Origin: an uncultured bacterium
GTDB taxonomy: Bacteria; Myxococcota_A; CAZTSL01
Length of the DNA stretch: 64,000 bases
Reading direction: 5' to 3'
Assembly: GCA_964616915.1 (NCBI GenBank)
Contig: CAZTSL010000001.1
Span: forward strand, 8,933 to 72,932
Positions 55,601 through 64,000 of this stretch are shown here, piece by piece; the first letter of the stretch is position 1; each line of letters begins with the position of its first letter. Under the pieces are notes generated by a model that saw nothing but the letters and a program-made list of their open reading frames with translations, made no database searches and was not told the DNA's origin. Both the position numbers and the translations under genes were made by a program.

Positions 55601-57872
55601 TCTCGATCCCGCAGCGAGCGGAGAGGTCGGACTCCGTTTCGAGGGCCCCCTCGAGGATCTCGAGCGCCTCCCTCGGGTTTCCACTCTTGAGGTGCGCCTC
55701 TCCCCACAGGTGACGCAGCCGGCCGGGGAGAGGGCAGCCGCTACGGTCGCAGATCTCCGCGATGTGCCGCCCGAAGTGGGCCGCCCGGGCCCACGCCCCC
55801 CCCGACAGCAACCGTTCGAGCGCGGTAATGCTCCATGCGATCCCCGCCTCGTGGCGCTGCGCAAGGAGCGCCTGTTCGGCGATCCTCTCCGGATCGTCCT
55901 CCCCTTCCCCCAGGAGGAAGGCCAGAATCCGCTGGTGGAGGAGGGGACGACGGGAAGGGGGGATTCGCTCGTAGAGGAGGGGACGAAGCCGGGGGAAGGC
56001 CAGAACGTAGCGACGCTCCTCCTCTTCGATGAGTCCCTTTTCGCGCAGGGAGACGACGTCGGCGATCGGATCCTCCCCCCCCTCTCCTTCGCGTTCGATC
56101 AGGAAGGAGAGGGGAAGGGGGCGTCGAGTCGCAGCGAGTTTCCAGAGGATTTCGATCTCTCCGGGAGCGAGGCCAAGGAGCCGCTCCTCGAGCCGTTTTG
56201 TGATCCGGGCCGGTATCGAAGCGCCCTCTTCCCCTTCGAGCGCTGCACCGTCGCAGACCCATCCCCCTTCCGTTCCATCCTGCGTTGGCGCGTACCGGAG
56301 GATCCCCCGCTCGACGAGATGGTAGACGTCTTCCTGGAGGAAGAGGGGATTCCCCCCACTACGTCGAATGATTCGGGTTCTCTCCTCCTCCGGGAGGCCG
56401 GGAAGGATCGAATCGAGCAGCGCCTTTTGCGCCGTTTCTGGGAGGGAGCCCAGTTCGATGGCCCTCACCCCTGGCCGTTGCAGGAACGCCTCGATCCATG
56501 CTTCCCCCGACTCCCGGGGGGGAAGGGTGGCGGCCAGCAGCATCCCGGAGGGAATCGAGAAATTCCGGATGAGGTAGTCCATACATTCGAGGCTCTCCCG
56601 GTCGGCTTCGTGCAAATCATCGAAGAGGACGAGTGGGGAGAGTTCCGCCATGCAGCGGGTGAAGAGCCGCAAGATCTGCTCGAAACGTTGGGCTTCGGAG
56701 ACGATCTCCCCTCCGGCAGAAAGTTCCGCATATTCGGGGAAGAGCCGAAAACTTCCATCGAGGGTGGTGAGGGGGGCGACCAGTGCCTTCAACGCCGATC
56801 GCACCGCCGGCTCGAGCATCGTCAACATCTGCCGAAGGAGGGAGCGGAAGGGGGAGAAGGGCCCGGCATCGGCACAGCGTACCGAAAAGACGAGCGCGCC
56901 CTCGATCTGAACCTCGTTCTTGAACGCCTGAAGGAGACGGCTCTTTCCGATGCCCGTCTCCCCCACGAGGAGGGTGAGGACCGGGGGGGGGCACGACGAT
57001 CCTCCCCCCCGGATCTCGGCGAGGGCCAGGCGTTCCCCCTCCCGCCCCACGAGCCGCCCCAACCCCGCCACGGGTCGATGCCTGGAACGCTGGGGAGAGA
57101 GGAGATGGACGACCTCCGTGATCCGCTGCGGTCTTCGTTCGGGATCAGGATCGAGGAGCCGACCCAGGAGCCGATCGATCTCCTCCGGAATCTCCGGGTT
57201 CTGGTGCCTTGCCGGCAGCGGGGGTCCGCCAGGGATGGGGAGGGGAGCGATATCCTCCCCCACCGGATGGGGCAAAACACCGGTATAGACCTGGTAGAGC
57301 GTGACCCCGAGCGCGTAGAGATCGGAGGCGACGCTGTTGTTGCCTCCCTTCAACACTTCGGGCGCGAGATAGGGAAAGGTCCCGGTGGCCCGTCCCTCCC
57401 CCGTGGCGCTCATATCGACGACCTTGACGAGTTCCCCCCCCCCGATGCGGGTGACGAGAATGTTTCCCGGTTTGAGATCCCCGTGGAGGAGACCGAGCGC
57501 ATGGAGATACTCGAGCGCATGACAGAGCTGAACGACGAGGGGCGTGATCCGTGAGGGATCCCGACCACGGGTCGCCGCGAAGAGATCCGCCCCTTCGATG
57601 TACTCCACCGTGAAATAGGGGCGTCCTTCGGCTCGAAGATATCCGAAGTCATATACCCGCGGGAAGTGTGGATGATTCAGGTCGGCAAGGGTTCTGAACT
57701 CGTCGAGGAAGATCGTCGAGGAGATCGTCTCCTCCCGCGGCGCGAAGACCTTCACCGCGACCCGTTCGCCGTAGAACTCGTCCCACGCCAGATAGACCCG
57801 CCCGATGCTCCCCGTACCGAGGAGCCGTTCCACCCGGTAGCGCCCGTCGATGATCGTGCCGGTTCGCGTCAC
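52698..57872 (-). CDS. Giant multidomain regulator: Ser/Thr protein kinase + AAA/NTPase + TPR repeats + GAF + sigma-54 interaction (AAA+) domain + Fis-type HTH
   Basis: 1724 aa with the following domains:
- N-terminal kinase: GTGSIGRVYLA, AVK, HGDLKPGNILV.
- P-loop: LLVGETGIGKSRLL.
- Long TPR array: many AxxYxxAL repeats.
- GAF domain: LEFIMDTAIELTHAERGFLILLEG...
- Enhancer-binding domain: Walker A GESGTGKDLVARAIH, the GAFTGA motif (HVKGAFTGA) and an arginine finger.
- C-terminal HTH: NKVRAAKLLGIGRRTLYEKL. Confidence 0.85.
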   Translation of the reverse strand: MTRTGTIIDGRYRVERLLGTGSIGRVYLAWDEFYGERVAVKVFAPREETISSTIFLDEFRTLADLNHPHFPRVYDFGYLRAEGRPYFTVEYIEGADLFAATRGRDPSRITPLVVQLCHALEYLHALGLLHGDLKPGNILVTRIGGGELVKVVDMSATGEGRATGTFPYLAPEVLKGGNNSVASDLYALGVTLYQVYTGVLPHPVGEDIAPLPIPGGPPLPARHQNPEIPEEIDRLLGRLLDPDPERRPQRITEVVHLLSPQRSRHRPVAGLGRLVGREGERLALAEIRGGGSSCPPPVLTLLVGETGIGKSRLLQAFKNEVQIEGALVFSVRCADAGPFSPFRSLLRQMLTMLEPAVRSALKALVAPLTTLDGSFRLFPEYAELSAGGEIVSEAQRFEQILRLFTRCMAELSPLVLFDDLHEADRESLECMDYLIRNFSIPSGMLLAATLPPRESGEAWIEAFLQRPGVRAIELGSLPETAQKALLDSILPGLPEEERTRIIRRSGGNPLFLQEDVYHLVERGILRYAPTQDGTEGGWVCDGAALEGEEGASIPARITKRLEERLLGLAPGEIEILWKLAATRRPLPLSFLIEREGEGGEDPIADVVSLREKGLIEEEERRYVLAFPRLRPLLYERIPPSRRPLLHQRILAFLLGEGEDDPERIAEQALLAQRHEAGIAWSITALERLLSGGAWARAAHFGRHIAEICDRSGCPLPGRLRHLWGEAHLKSGNPREALEILEGALETESDLSARCGIEISMGEALLRLGEHDRAAAILESAQANARKRDDQEALCRILWVLGRIRILQGDYAGAIRAGEEALHLAPPTGLLPRIEDVLGLSHFYLGHYDTAETYYRQGLRHARGDRHLHARMLNSLGMLLQRRGRYDAAVEAYRGSFAIAHELGDLHGAATYAMNLGTIAHERSAYGEAIRYYEQAFRLAERIADDQILLRVSSNLGNIHLTLGRLAQARRYLDRSLELCCRHRMELVTGYNHLLLGAVGIHAGQRGEAAAHLTRALALFGRLQSRHELCRTNLRLAESALAGDDLSEARFYLDIAGDLASELESLDLEIEWRVLLGEVFRRGGDLASAWQTLEPARRRSREIDRPELLWDLHLLLARLALQGGDDESALEHFHAVVELQRRVIEQIPQEFRRDFMKMKGYDQLLADMEELRRRMAGEGTPPPSVPPQEDAGDKRLRHLLEINKSLNSQHDLSHLLEFIMDTAIELTHAERGFLILLEGEEMKVRVARNIDRENIHKSKFKVSHSIAKEVVERGEAIIAIDARNDERFAGYLSVHDLKLRSILCVPLKVSGATIGTIYLDNRFQGGSFTPQDLELLHAFGDQAAIAIEKARLIEENIAKQRELERSYRRIEELNRSLEDRLERQSEQLEVVTELLQRNRADMETKYNYANIIGRSDAMQRVFQLLDRVVESEVPVLIQGESGTGKDLVARAIHFNGPRKAHPFVSENCAAIPETLLEAALFGHVKGAFTGAVREKRGLFELAHRGTIFLDEIGDMSLNMQAKLLRVIEEQAFRRVGGKDLIRVDVRLISATNRNLRRLIEEGRFREDLFYRLDVVTIELPPLRERREDIPLLIEHFLERKRQKMPGKKIEIDPAARRLLLAYDWPGNVRELEHEIERIVVLCDGRVTIEDISPAIRAGTRPVREEDPLAFPLHQPKPLKEIVERYEKRVIEQILEEVAGNKVRAAKLLGIGRRTLYEKLDRYGLK

Positions 57873-58226
57873 CTGTTCGCTCCACCCTTTCCCCCGAATT
57901 TTACCAAATTTCCCCCGCCGTTACAATTTGAAAGGGAGCGGTCGTCGAGAAAATGACACAACGGATGGATCCCGTTTCCCCTCCGATCTCTCGATCCCCC
58001 GCTACGTCGCTCTTTTCGGGGAGAACCCCCTTTCCATCCGGGGGAGCCCACCCGCTGGCATACCCTCTGCAACGGCAAGGGGGGAGGTTCTGCGCTTCCG
58101 GTGGGAAAGGCCATCCCTTTCTCCCGGAAGCGGGCAGTGGTACGAACCTCGATCGATGCACGTTCGATCCGCCGGAAATGCCGTGCATCGTCGCTTGGAG
58201 AAGATGCATTCCGGCCCTTGGGAAGG

Positions 58227-59432
58227 ATGAGTCTGATGAACGAGAAAAGTGAACGACACGAAACGACCGATGAATCGGCCGTCCCCCCCCGCGACCCGAC
58301 CTTCGTCCCCCCCTCGAAACAGCGCCGCACGGAGGTTTCGGAGGAAGATCTCCTCGATCGGCTCGTCGATACCCAGGAACTCACGGAGACGCTCAAGGCG
58401 CAGGCACTCGCCCGTCTCCTCGAAACGGACGGGATCATCGAATCGACCGCTCCGCCATCCGGAGAAGGGGAGGACTCGAAGCGGGAGCGCACAGACCATG
58501 CCCAGAGCCGCGCCGAAGCGCTCGAACGGATCGCGGCCCAGCTTGCGGAAGCCCAGGGGGGCACCTGCGACGACGAGAAGGCCCGGCGACGAAGCACTTC
58601 TCCCCCCCCCCAAGGGGGAAAGGGGCAGGAGGTCGCTTCTCCTGCGCAACCCTCGAGCGTACCCCCGAAGGGAAGAGCGGCCGCACGGGCGCGGATCCTT
58701 CAGCGCTCCGCATACCGGCATCCCCCCGGAAGCCCGAAACGGGAATGGGTCTCCCCTTATCAGGCCTTCCGGAAGCGACGCGAGGCTGCGAAACGCGAGG
58801 CTGCGAAACGCGAGGCCGCGCTTCGTCGGCAGCGGCGGGAGGGAGAAGCGGAGCGGACCTTCGAGACGTGGCACCGCAACGACCTCCTCCTCCTCTTCTC
58901 CCTCCTCTTTGCCTGGCGCTTCTTTGCCACGCTCTGGAGCGGGGATGCCGGTTATACCGATTCGACCCTCCTGCACCTGATCGATCTCTGCTCCGGCACG
59001 CTGCTGCTCCTCCTCCTGCACCCCACCCTGATCGGGAAAGCGGGGCGTGTAGGATCGGTGATCCTTGCCGGGAGTGCATCCTTCGTCGTCGCGGTCTTCC
59101 TCTTCTCCTTCCTCTCGCTCTCTCCCACCCTCTTCGATACTCTTCCCCGCAAATACCAGGAGATCACGACGGGTCTGAGGGGTCTTTCGCTCCTTCCCCC
59201 CCTCATCGTGTTCTTCGGGAAGTACATCTTCATTGCCGCGGTCACCCTCACCTTCGCCGAACGCCGCCGCAACCGGGAAGTCGAAGAGAACCGGCGTCGC
59301 AAGGTGGCATACGATACCTCCTGGGGGAACGTGACGCAGGGGGAGAAACACCATACATGGAGGGAGACGGCGTCGTCTCACCGGAAACCCCACCCGATCG
59401 TTCTCCAGCCCACGAATTGCGCGACACGATGA
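58227..59432 (+). CDS. Hypothetical membrane protein (charged/low-complexity N-terminal half, five TM segments in C-terminal half)
   Basis: ORF 58101..59432. The likely start is the internal ATG (MSLMNEK) at about 58227. It contains a tandem REAAK repeat and the C-terminal hydrophobic helices LLLFSLLFAWRFF and VILAGSASFVVAVFLFSFLSL. No recognisable domain. The start is uncertain. Confidence 0.4.
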   Translation: MSLMNEKSERHETTDESAVPPRDPTFVPPSKQRRTEVSEEDLLDRLVDTQELTETLKAQALARLLETDGIIESTAPPSGEGEDSKRERTDHAQSRAEALERIAAQLAEAQGGTCDDEKARRRSTSPPPQGGKGQEVASPAQPSSVPPKGRAAARARILQRSAYRHPPGSPKREWVSPYQAFRKRREAAKREAAKREAALRRQRREGEAERTFETWHRNDLLLLFSLLFAWRFFATLWSGDAGYTDSTLLHLIDLCSGTLLLLLLHPTLIGKAGRVGSVILAGSASFVVAVFLFSFLSLSPTLFDTLPRKYQEITTGLRGLSLLPPLIVFFGKYIFIAAVTLTFAERRRNREVEENRRRKVAYDTSWGNVTQGEKHHTWRETASSHRKPHPIVLQPTNCATR

Positions 59433-59626
59433 CGCCGAAACTCCGTGACATCCGGAATCCATGAAGACGGGATCCCCGATATCCCCGGGAAATGAGATAC
59501 GATTCCCCTGATTCCCCCTTGCAATCCCCCTGCGCTTGGGGCATAATTTCCTCATTCAAGGTGGGACTTCTGCTGCATCGGTCGGGAGGTACCGATCGTG
59601 TGCTGGAAGATGTGAGGAGAACGGGG

Positions 59627-60241
59627 ATGAAACAGAAGGCGATCGTCTGGCTTTGCTGTCTCTTGGGTGTGTGGGTACTCCTTGCACCCGGCTGTCCGAC
59701 CGACCCGATTCCGAACGGGGATTTCGAGAGCGGCGCCCTCGATCCGTGGACTTCCCGTGGGGTCAACGGGGGATTCGCGCAAATCGTGGAGGAGGGGACC
59801 CAGTGGTCTGCGAATCCGACGCAGAACATCACCTTCGAGAACCCGATCTATGCGGCGAATGTTCGTTCGTCCGGGCCTGCGCCGACGAATTCGGTCGGGA
59901 TCCTCACCTCTCCCGCCTTTACGGTCGCATTCCCGGCGGTGACCTTCATCGCGCTCTCCGAGACGACGGGAAACCGGCCGAATCCGGTGACCCTGACCTA
60001 CCGGATCCTCAACGCAACCGATGGAAGCGTCCTCTTCACGTCGGAGCAGGTGGCCACCGCGATCGTCAACCTCGATACTGCGGTCGATGCGCCGGAGGGG
60101 TGGAGCCATCACTGTATCGATCTCACCCGTTTCGCGGGGTTGTCGGTCCAGCTCGAGTTTCAGCAGCACACGAACGTAGCCGGCAATGGATATTTTACGC
60201 TCATCGATGACGTGAACGAATCACCGGCCCCATGTCCGTGA
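59627..60241 (+). CDS. Hypothetical secreted lipoprotein
   Basis: ATG at 59627 after GAGGAGAACGGGG. It has a signal peptide with a lipobox (VLLAPGC) and a beta-rich secreted domain. It overlaps the downstream gene by 10 nt. Confidence 0.55.
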   Translation: MKQKAIVWLCCLLGVWVLLAPGCPTDPIPNGDFESGALDPWTSRGVNGGFAQIVEEGTQWSANPTQNITFENPIYAANVRSSGPAPTNSVGILTSPAFTVAFPAVTFIALSETTGNRPNPVTLTYRILNATDGSVLFTSEQVATAIVNLDTAVDAPEGWSHHCIDLTRFAGLSVQLEFQQHTNVAGNGYFTLIDDVNESPAPCP

Positions 60242-62175
60242 GGGATCACTTTCGGGGGGAGGCGCCGTTGTGGCGGTGGGTCCTCCTCCTCTCGATCGTG
60301 GGGGGGGCCGGCTGGCTCTACAGCCAGCCGCTGGGCAGCTACGACGTCTGGTGGCACATGGCCGCTGCCCGCCAAATCCTCGAGACGGGGCATTTCCCCC
60401 GGCGGGATACCTTTTCCTTCACGATCGAGGGGATCCCCTGGTACGACTTCCAGTGGCTCTCCCAGATGATCTTCCTCGGTGTGTACCGCCTGGGGGGGGT
60501 AGCGGGACTCGTGTGGGCACGAATCCTTCTTCTCACGGGCACCCTCGTTTTGCTCTACCTGGCGGCGAGGGTGCGCGGCGCCTCCCGGATCGTGGCGATG
60601 AGCCTCCTGCCCATCGGCGCGGCGGGTCTCTTCACCCGTTTCAACCTGGGGCCTGAGCATCTCTTCTTTCTGGCGCTGGCCACGCTCTCCCTCCTGAGAG
60701 GGATGCAGCGGAGGGGGCGGGCATGGGTGCGATGGGGACTCATCCCGGTCCATCTGCTGATCGCCAATCTCCACGGGGGCATGACGCTCGTGAGCCTGGC
60801 GATGATCGGGATCTATCTTGCGACGGATGCATTCGAAGGGTACCGGCGGGGGGAGGTGCGCAGAGAATGGCTCGATCGGAATGCCTGGCTCCTGGGGGGG
60901 GTGGTGCTCGTAACCTTCTTCACCCCGCTCGGAACCGATATCGTGGCCGTCTTCCGTGATGCATTCACCTATGACAACACGCGGGTGCTCAACACGGATT
61001 GGCTCCCGCTGCGGCGTTCCGATTTCGGAGACGTGGCACGGGGATTCGGCTATTGGGCTTTCGGTCTCCTTGCCCTCCTTACGCCCCTTGCCCTCCTCGC
61101 GCGGGGACGGCGGATCTTCCTCGACGATCTCCTCCTCTACCTCCTCTTCCTCCTTCTCGCCTTCGAACGGCGCCGGGTCGTGGCACAGTTCGTGATCGTT
61201 TCGCTCCCGATCTGTGCGGGGGCGATCGGGGCGTGGATGGCAGCACGCAAGGAGGAGAAGCCAGGGCGGGGGAAGGGGAAGGCGCACAGGATTTCGGCTG
61301 CCTCGGCGTTTCTCCCCCTCCTCCTTCCGCTGTCGAGTGCAGCGATCTTCCTCTTCCCCCACGCGGGCAGGGCGACGCTGGGGCGAAGGTTCGAGCTGGT
61401 CCACCCCGGATTTCCGGTCGGAGCCACCCGATGGATCAAGGAGCACCGGCCCGTCGGAAACCCCTGGCATCCCTATCACTTCGGCGGTTATCTCATCTGG
61501 CACCTCTACCCCGACTACCGGGTGCTCATCGATGGACGGGATCATCCCTACCAGAAGACGGGGGTGGCCCGACACGTGATCGAGGCGATCACGGACCGGG
61601 AGAAGTTCGACCGCCTCGTGGAGAGTTACGGGATCACTTTCGCGATCGTGCCGAACACCGGCAACTGGATCGAACTCCATCAGACCGCCGAGCCGCTGGC
61701 CTTCTTCACGAAGGAGCGCTGGGCGCTCGTCTTCCACGACGACGACGCCTCCATCTTCCTCAAGCGGACGCCCGAACACCGCAAGCTGATCGAACGCTTC
61801 GAGTATCACCTCATTCGCCCGCAGTACGTCGTGCGGTACGTCGATCTGCTCCAGGATCCCTTCGTCAACGGTTCTTCGGCCTTTCTGCGGGAGACGGACC
61901 GTCTCCTCTCCGAATCTCCCGGAATGAGTGAGGCCAACCTCCTGCGGGGTCGTTACTTCGAGACGCACGCCGGTGCCGATTATTCTTCGATCGTGGAGGC
62001 GTGCTACCGGCAGGCGATCGAGGATCTCCCCTGGAGTTTGACGGGGTATTATCTCCTCTTCGACTTCTACTTCAACAGGGGACGCCGGAAGGAGGCGTGT
62101 GAACTCTATGCAGCGGCGCGCCGGAGGGTCTATTACAAACCGGGGCTTGCGCCGATGGCGGCGCGCTGCCGCTAG
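60232..62175 (+). CDS. Large polytopic membrane protein (GT-C-fold glycosyltransferase-like / DUF), with soluble C-terminal domain
   Basis: 647 aa with 12 or more TM helices in the N-terminal 400 aa, including a periplasmic-loop motif region (WWHMAAARQILETGHFPRRDTFSFT...IPWYDFQWL). It is operonic with the lipoprotein gene. The function is not assignable by eye. Confidence 0.5.
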   Translation: MSVRDHFRGEAPLWRWVLLLSIVGGAGWLYSQPLGSYDVWWHMAAARQILETGHFPRRDTFSFTIEGIPWYDFQWLSQMIFLGVYRLGGVAGLVWARILLLTGTLVLLYLAARVRGASRIVAMSLLPIGAAGLFTRFNLGPEHLFFLALATLSLLRGMQRRGRAWVRWGLIPVHLLIANLHGGMTLVSLAMIGIYLATDAFEGYRRGEVRREWLDRNAWLLGGVVLVTFFTPLGTDIVAVFRDAFTYDNTRVLNTDWLPLRRSDFGDVARGFGYWAFGLLALLTPLALLARGRRIFLDDLLLYLLFLLLAFERRRVVAQFVIVSLPICAGAIGAWMAARKEEKPGRGKGKAHRISAASAFLPLLLPLSSAAIFLFPHAGRATLGRRFELVHPGFPVGATRWIKEHRPVGNPWHPYHFGGYLIWHLYPDYRVLIDGRDHPYQKTGVARHVIEAITDREKFDRLVESYGITFAIVPNTGNWIELHQTAEPLAFFTKERWALVFHDDDASIFLKRTPEHRKLIERFEYHLIRPQYVVRYVDLLQDPFVNGSSAFLRETDRLLSESPGMSEANLLRGRYFETHAGADYSSIVEACYRQAIEDLPWSLTGYYLLFDFYFNRGRRKEACELYAAARRRVYYKPGLAPMAARCR

Positions 62176-62193
62176 GTATTCCCTCTCCCCAGG

Positions 62194-63441
62194 CTATTGG
62201 TTCATCGAGTCGAGGAACTCCTGATTCGTCTTCGTTCGGCTCAGCTTGTCGAGGAGGAACTCCATGCTGTCGATCGGGTTGAGGGGCTGGAGGAGCTTGC
62301 GCAGGATCCAGATCCGGTTGAGGACGTCGGGGGCCAGGAGGAGTTCCTCTTTCCGGGTGCCGGAGCGGTTGATGTCGATCGAGGGGTAGAGTCGTTTCTC
62401 CACGAGGCGGCGGTCGAGATGGATCTCGAGGTTGCCCGTCCCCTTGAACTCTTCGAAGATCACTTCGTCCATCCGGCTCCCCGTGTCGATGAGCGCGGTG
62501 GCGATGATCGTGAGGCTTCCCCCGTCCTCGATGTTGCGTGCGGCCCCGAAGAAGCGTTTGGGACGGTGCAGGGCATTGGAATCGACCCCGCCGGAGAGGA
62601 TCTTGCCGCTGGGGGGCACGACCGTGTTGTAGGCCCGGGCCAGACGGGTGATGCTGTCGAGGAGGATCACGACGTCATACTTGTGTTCGACGAGCCGTTT
62701 GGCCTTCTCGATGACCATCTCGGCGACCTGGACGTGGCGCTGGGCGGGTTCGTCGAAGGTGGAACTGATCACCTCCCCCCGCACGGAGCGCTGCATGTCC
62801 GTCACCTCCTCGGGCCGCTCATCGATGAGGAGCACGATGAGGATCACCTCGGGGTGATTCGCCGTGATCGCATTGGCGATGTTCTGAAGCAGGATCGTCT
62901 TTCCGGTCCGGGGGGGCGCCACGATCAGGCCGCGCTGTCCCTTGCCGATCGGCGTCATGAGATCCATCACCCGGGTGGAGAGGTTCTGGGGGTGGAACTC
63001 GAGGTTGAACTTCTCCTCGGGATAGAGGGGGGTGAGGTTGTCGAAGAGAATCTTCTCCCGCGCGACGTCTGGATCCTCGAAGTTGATCGACTCGACCTTC
63101 AGGAGCGCGAAGTAGCGCTCCGTGTCCTTGGGCGGCCGGATCTGCCCCGAGATCGTATCGCCGGTGCGCAGGTTGAAACGCCGGATCTGGGAGGGAGAGA
63201 TGTAGATATCGTCCGGACCGGGGAGGTAGTTGTAATCCGGGGCCCGCAGAAAGCCGAATCCATCGGGAAGGGTCTCGAGAACACCCTCCCCGAAGATCAT
63301 GCCGTTCTTTTCCGTGTGGGCCTGAAGCAGGGCGAAGATGAGTTCCTGCTTGCGCATCCCCGCCGCTCCCTCGACGTTGAGTTCCTTGGCAAGCTGCGTC
63401 AGTTCGTTGATCTTCTTCTCTTTCAGCTCCTTCAGGTTCAT
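62194..63441 (-). CDS. rho: Transcription termination factor Rho
   Basis: Internal start MNLKELKEK (415 aa). It has an N-terminal RNA-binding domain ([14 protein letters not shown]), Walker [14 protein letters not shown]- and R-loops, and a near-E. coli-like C-terminus ([20 protein letters not shown]). Confidence 0.9.
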   Translation of the reverse strand: MNLKELKEKKINELTQLAKELNVEGAAGMRKQELIFALLQAHTEKNGMIFGEGVLETLPDGFGFLRAPDYNYLPGPDDIYISPSQIRRFNLRTGDTISGQIRPPKDTERYFALLKVESINFEDPDVAREKILFDNLTPLYPEEKFNLEFHPQNLSTRVMDLMTPIGKGQRGLIVAPPRTGKTILLQNIANAITANHPEVILIVLLIDERPEEVTDMQRSVRGEVISSTFDEPAQRHVQVAEMVIEKAKRLVEHKYDVVILLDSITRLARAYNTVVPPSGKILSGGVDSNALHRPKRFFGAARNIEDGGSLTIIATALIDTGSRMDEVIFEEFKGTGNLEIHLDRRLVEKRLYPSIDINRSGTRKEELLLAPDVLNRIWILRKLLQPLNPIDSMEFLLDKLSRTKTNQEFLDSMNQ

Positions 63442-63875
63442 GGAGGCTCCTCGATGGAATGGCTCAGATACATTCCGGTAGGACGATCGATTCGTTGACT
63501 GGAGCGTCACTCCTCCCCCCCGCGACGATCATCGGCCAGGGAGGAAGGGGTGGAAGCATCGGTTCATGCCGGGGTATCCTGGAAGGGAGGACCGAGACGA
63601 TGGATAAGGATCCTGCCGGGACGAATCCGTCCAGAATGCGCGACCATATGCTCTACTGTCAGATGGATCGAACGCCATCCTTCCTCCTGAAATCGGAGAA
63701 AGGTCGTTGCGCGGCCGATGGGAATCCGACACACCTTTTCCTGGGATGACGGACGGGAATGGCGGAAGATTACGTTCGCAGCAGGCTACATCGTGCAGAT
63801 ACGCCCCGATGGCCGTGCAATACGCGAGACGACTGGCGTGCGCTTATCTGTTGATCTGTACGTGAAAGAGACTTC

Positions 63876-63920
63876 GTGGTCCGCCCCTGCGGCTTCTTTG
63901 TGGTCCGCCCCTGCGGCTTT
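63876..63920. repeat. Tandem direct repeat, 2 x ~21 bp (GTGGTCCGCCCCTGCGGCTT[C/T])
   Basis: Two adjacent near-identical copies at about 63876-63897 and 63898-63920, in the long non-coding region upstream of rho. Confidence 0.6.
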
Positions 63921-64000
63921 GGGGAAGGGGAAGGCTCAAGATCGCTCGATGCCTCATCCCTCTTTTCAAAATGATAGGAAAACGAAAGCCTTTTGTCAAG

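Noticed and set aside
58780-58830. 15-bp tandem repeat GCGAGGCTGCGAAAC x3
   Set aside because: It lies within a coding sequence and produces the REAAKREAAKREAA low-complexity peptide. It is a minor in-frame repeat, not an independent element.
63876-63920. Possible CRISPR array
   Set aside because: There are only two directly abutting repeat copies with no spacers, and no cas genes in the window. It is a tandem duplication, not a CRISPR.

Overview
This is a high-GC (~65-70%) bacterial chromosomal window with GGAGG-type ribosome-binding sites. Its domain repertoire (PEGA-domain and sigma-54-fused Ser/Thr kinases, a fused MFS/spermidine synthase) resembles Myxococcota/Acidobacteriota-like genomes, but I cannot assign the organism from sequence alone. 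Because of the GC content, almost every real gene is shadowed by long spurious antisense or alternate-frame ORFs in the six-frame track. I called genes by recognisable protein motifs and by start-codon/Shine-Dalgarno context.

The most notable content is a complete four-gene type I Zorya anti-phage defence operon, zorA-zorB-zorC-zorD, at about 3864-11720 on the + strand. It lies between housekeeping genes (msrB, ilvA, wecB) and a VWA-domain lipoprotein. Its ZorD carries a C-terminal Mrr-like PD-(D/E)xK nuclease domain fused to the SNF2 helicase.

The rest of the window holds:
- An acyl-CoA ligase, a flippase-like membrane protein, a GT2 glycosyltransferase and a fused MFS/spermidine-synthase protein.
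- A hemerythrin-like protein, then tRNA-Met(CAT), a C4 zinc-ribbon protein, RNase P RNA (rnpB) and greA.
- A PEGA-domain Ser/Thr kinase with an FtsB-like gene, and a rifampicin-phosphotransferase/PEP-synthase-like enzyme.
- A consensus sigma-70 promoter and intrinsic terminator bracketing a candidate ~80-nt sRNA upstream of a TPR protein.
- An ECF sigma factor with a putative anti-sigma factor, and a large MscS-family channel.
- Initiator tRNA-fMet followed by a cytochrome-oxidase biogenesis cluster (ctaA, ctaB/cyoE, ABC transporter, SCO1, DUF420).
- An APC transporter with regulatory domains, an EEP nuclease/phosphatase and a metal-dependent hydrolase.
- A GGDEF response regulator next to a Ser/Thr kinase, then a GntR regulator, an NAD-dependent epimerase and a HAD hydrolase.
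- A 1724-aa Ser/Thr-kinase/AAA/TPR/GAF/sigma-54-activator fusion, membrane and lipoproteins, and rho.

I found no CRISPR array, transposase or integrase. Coordinates for RNA genes and promoters are approximate (±2 nt).
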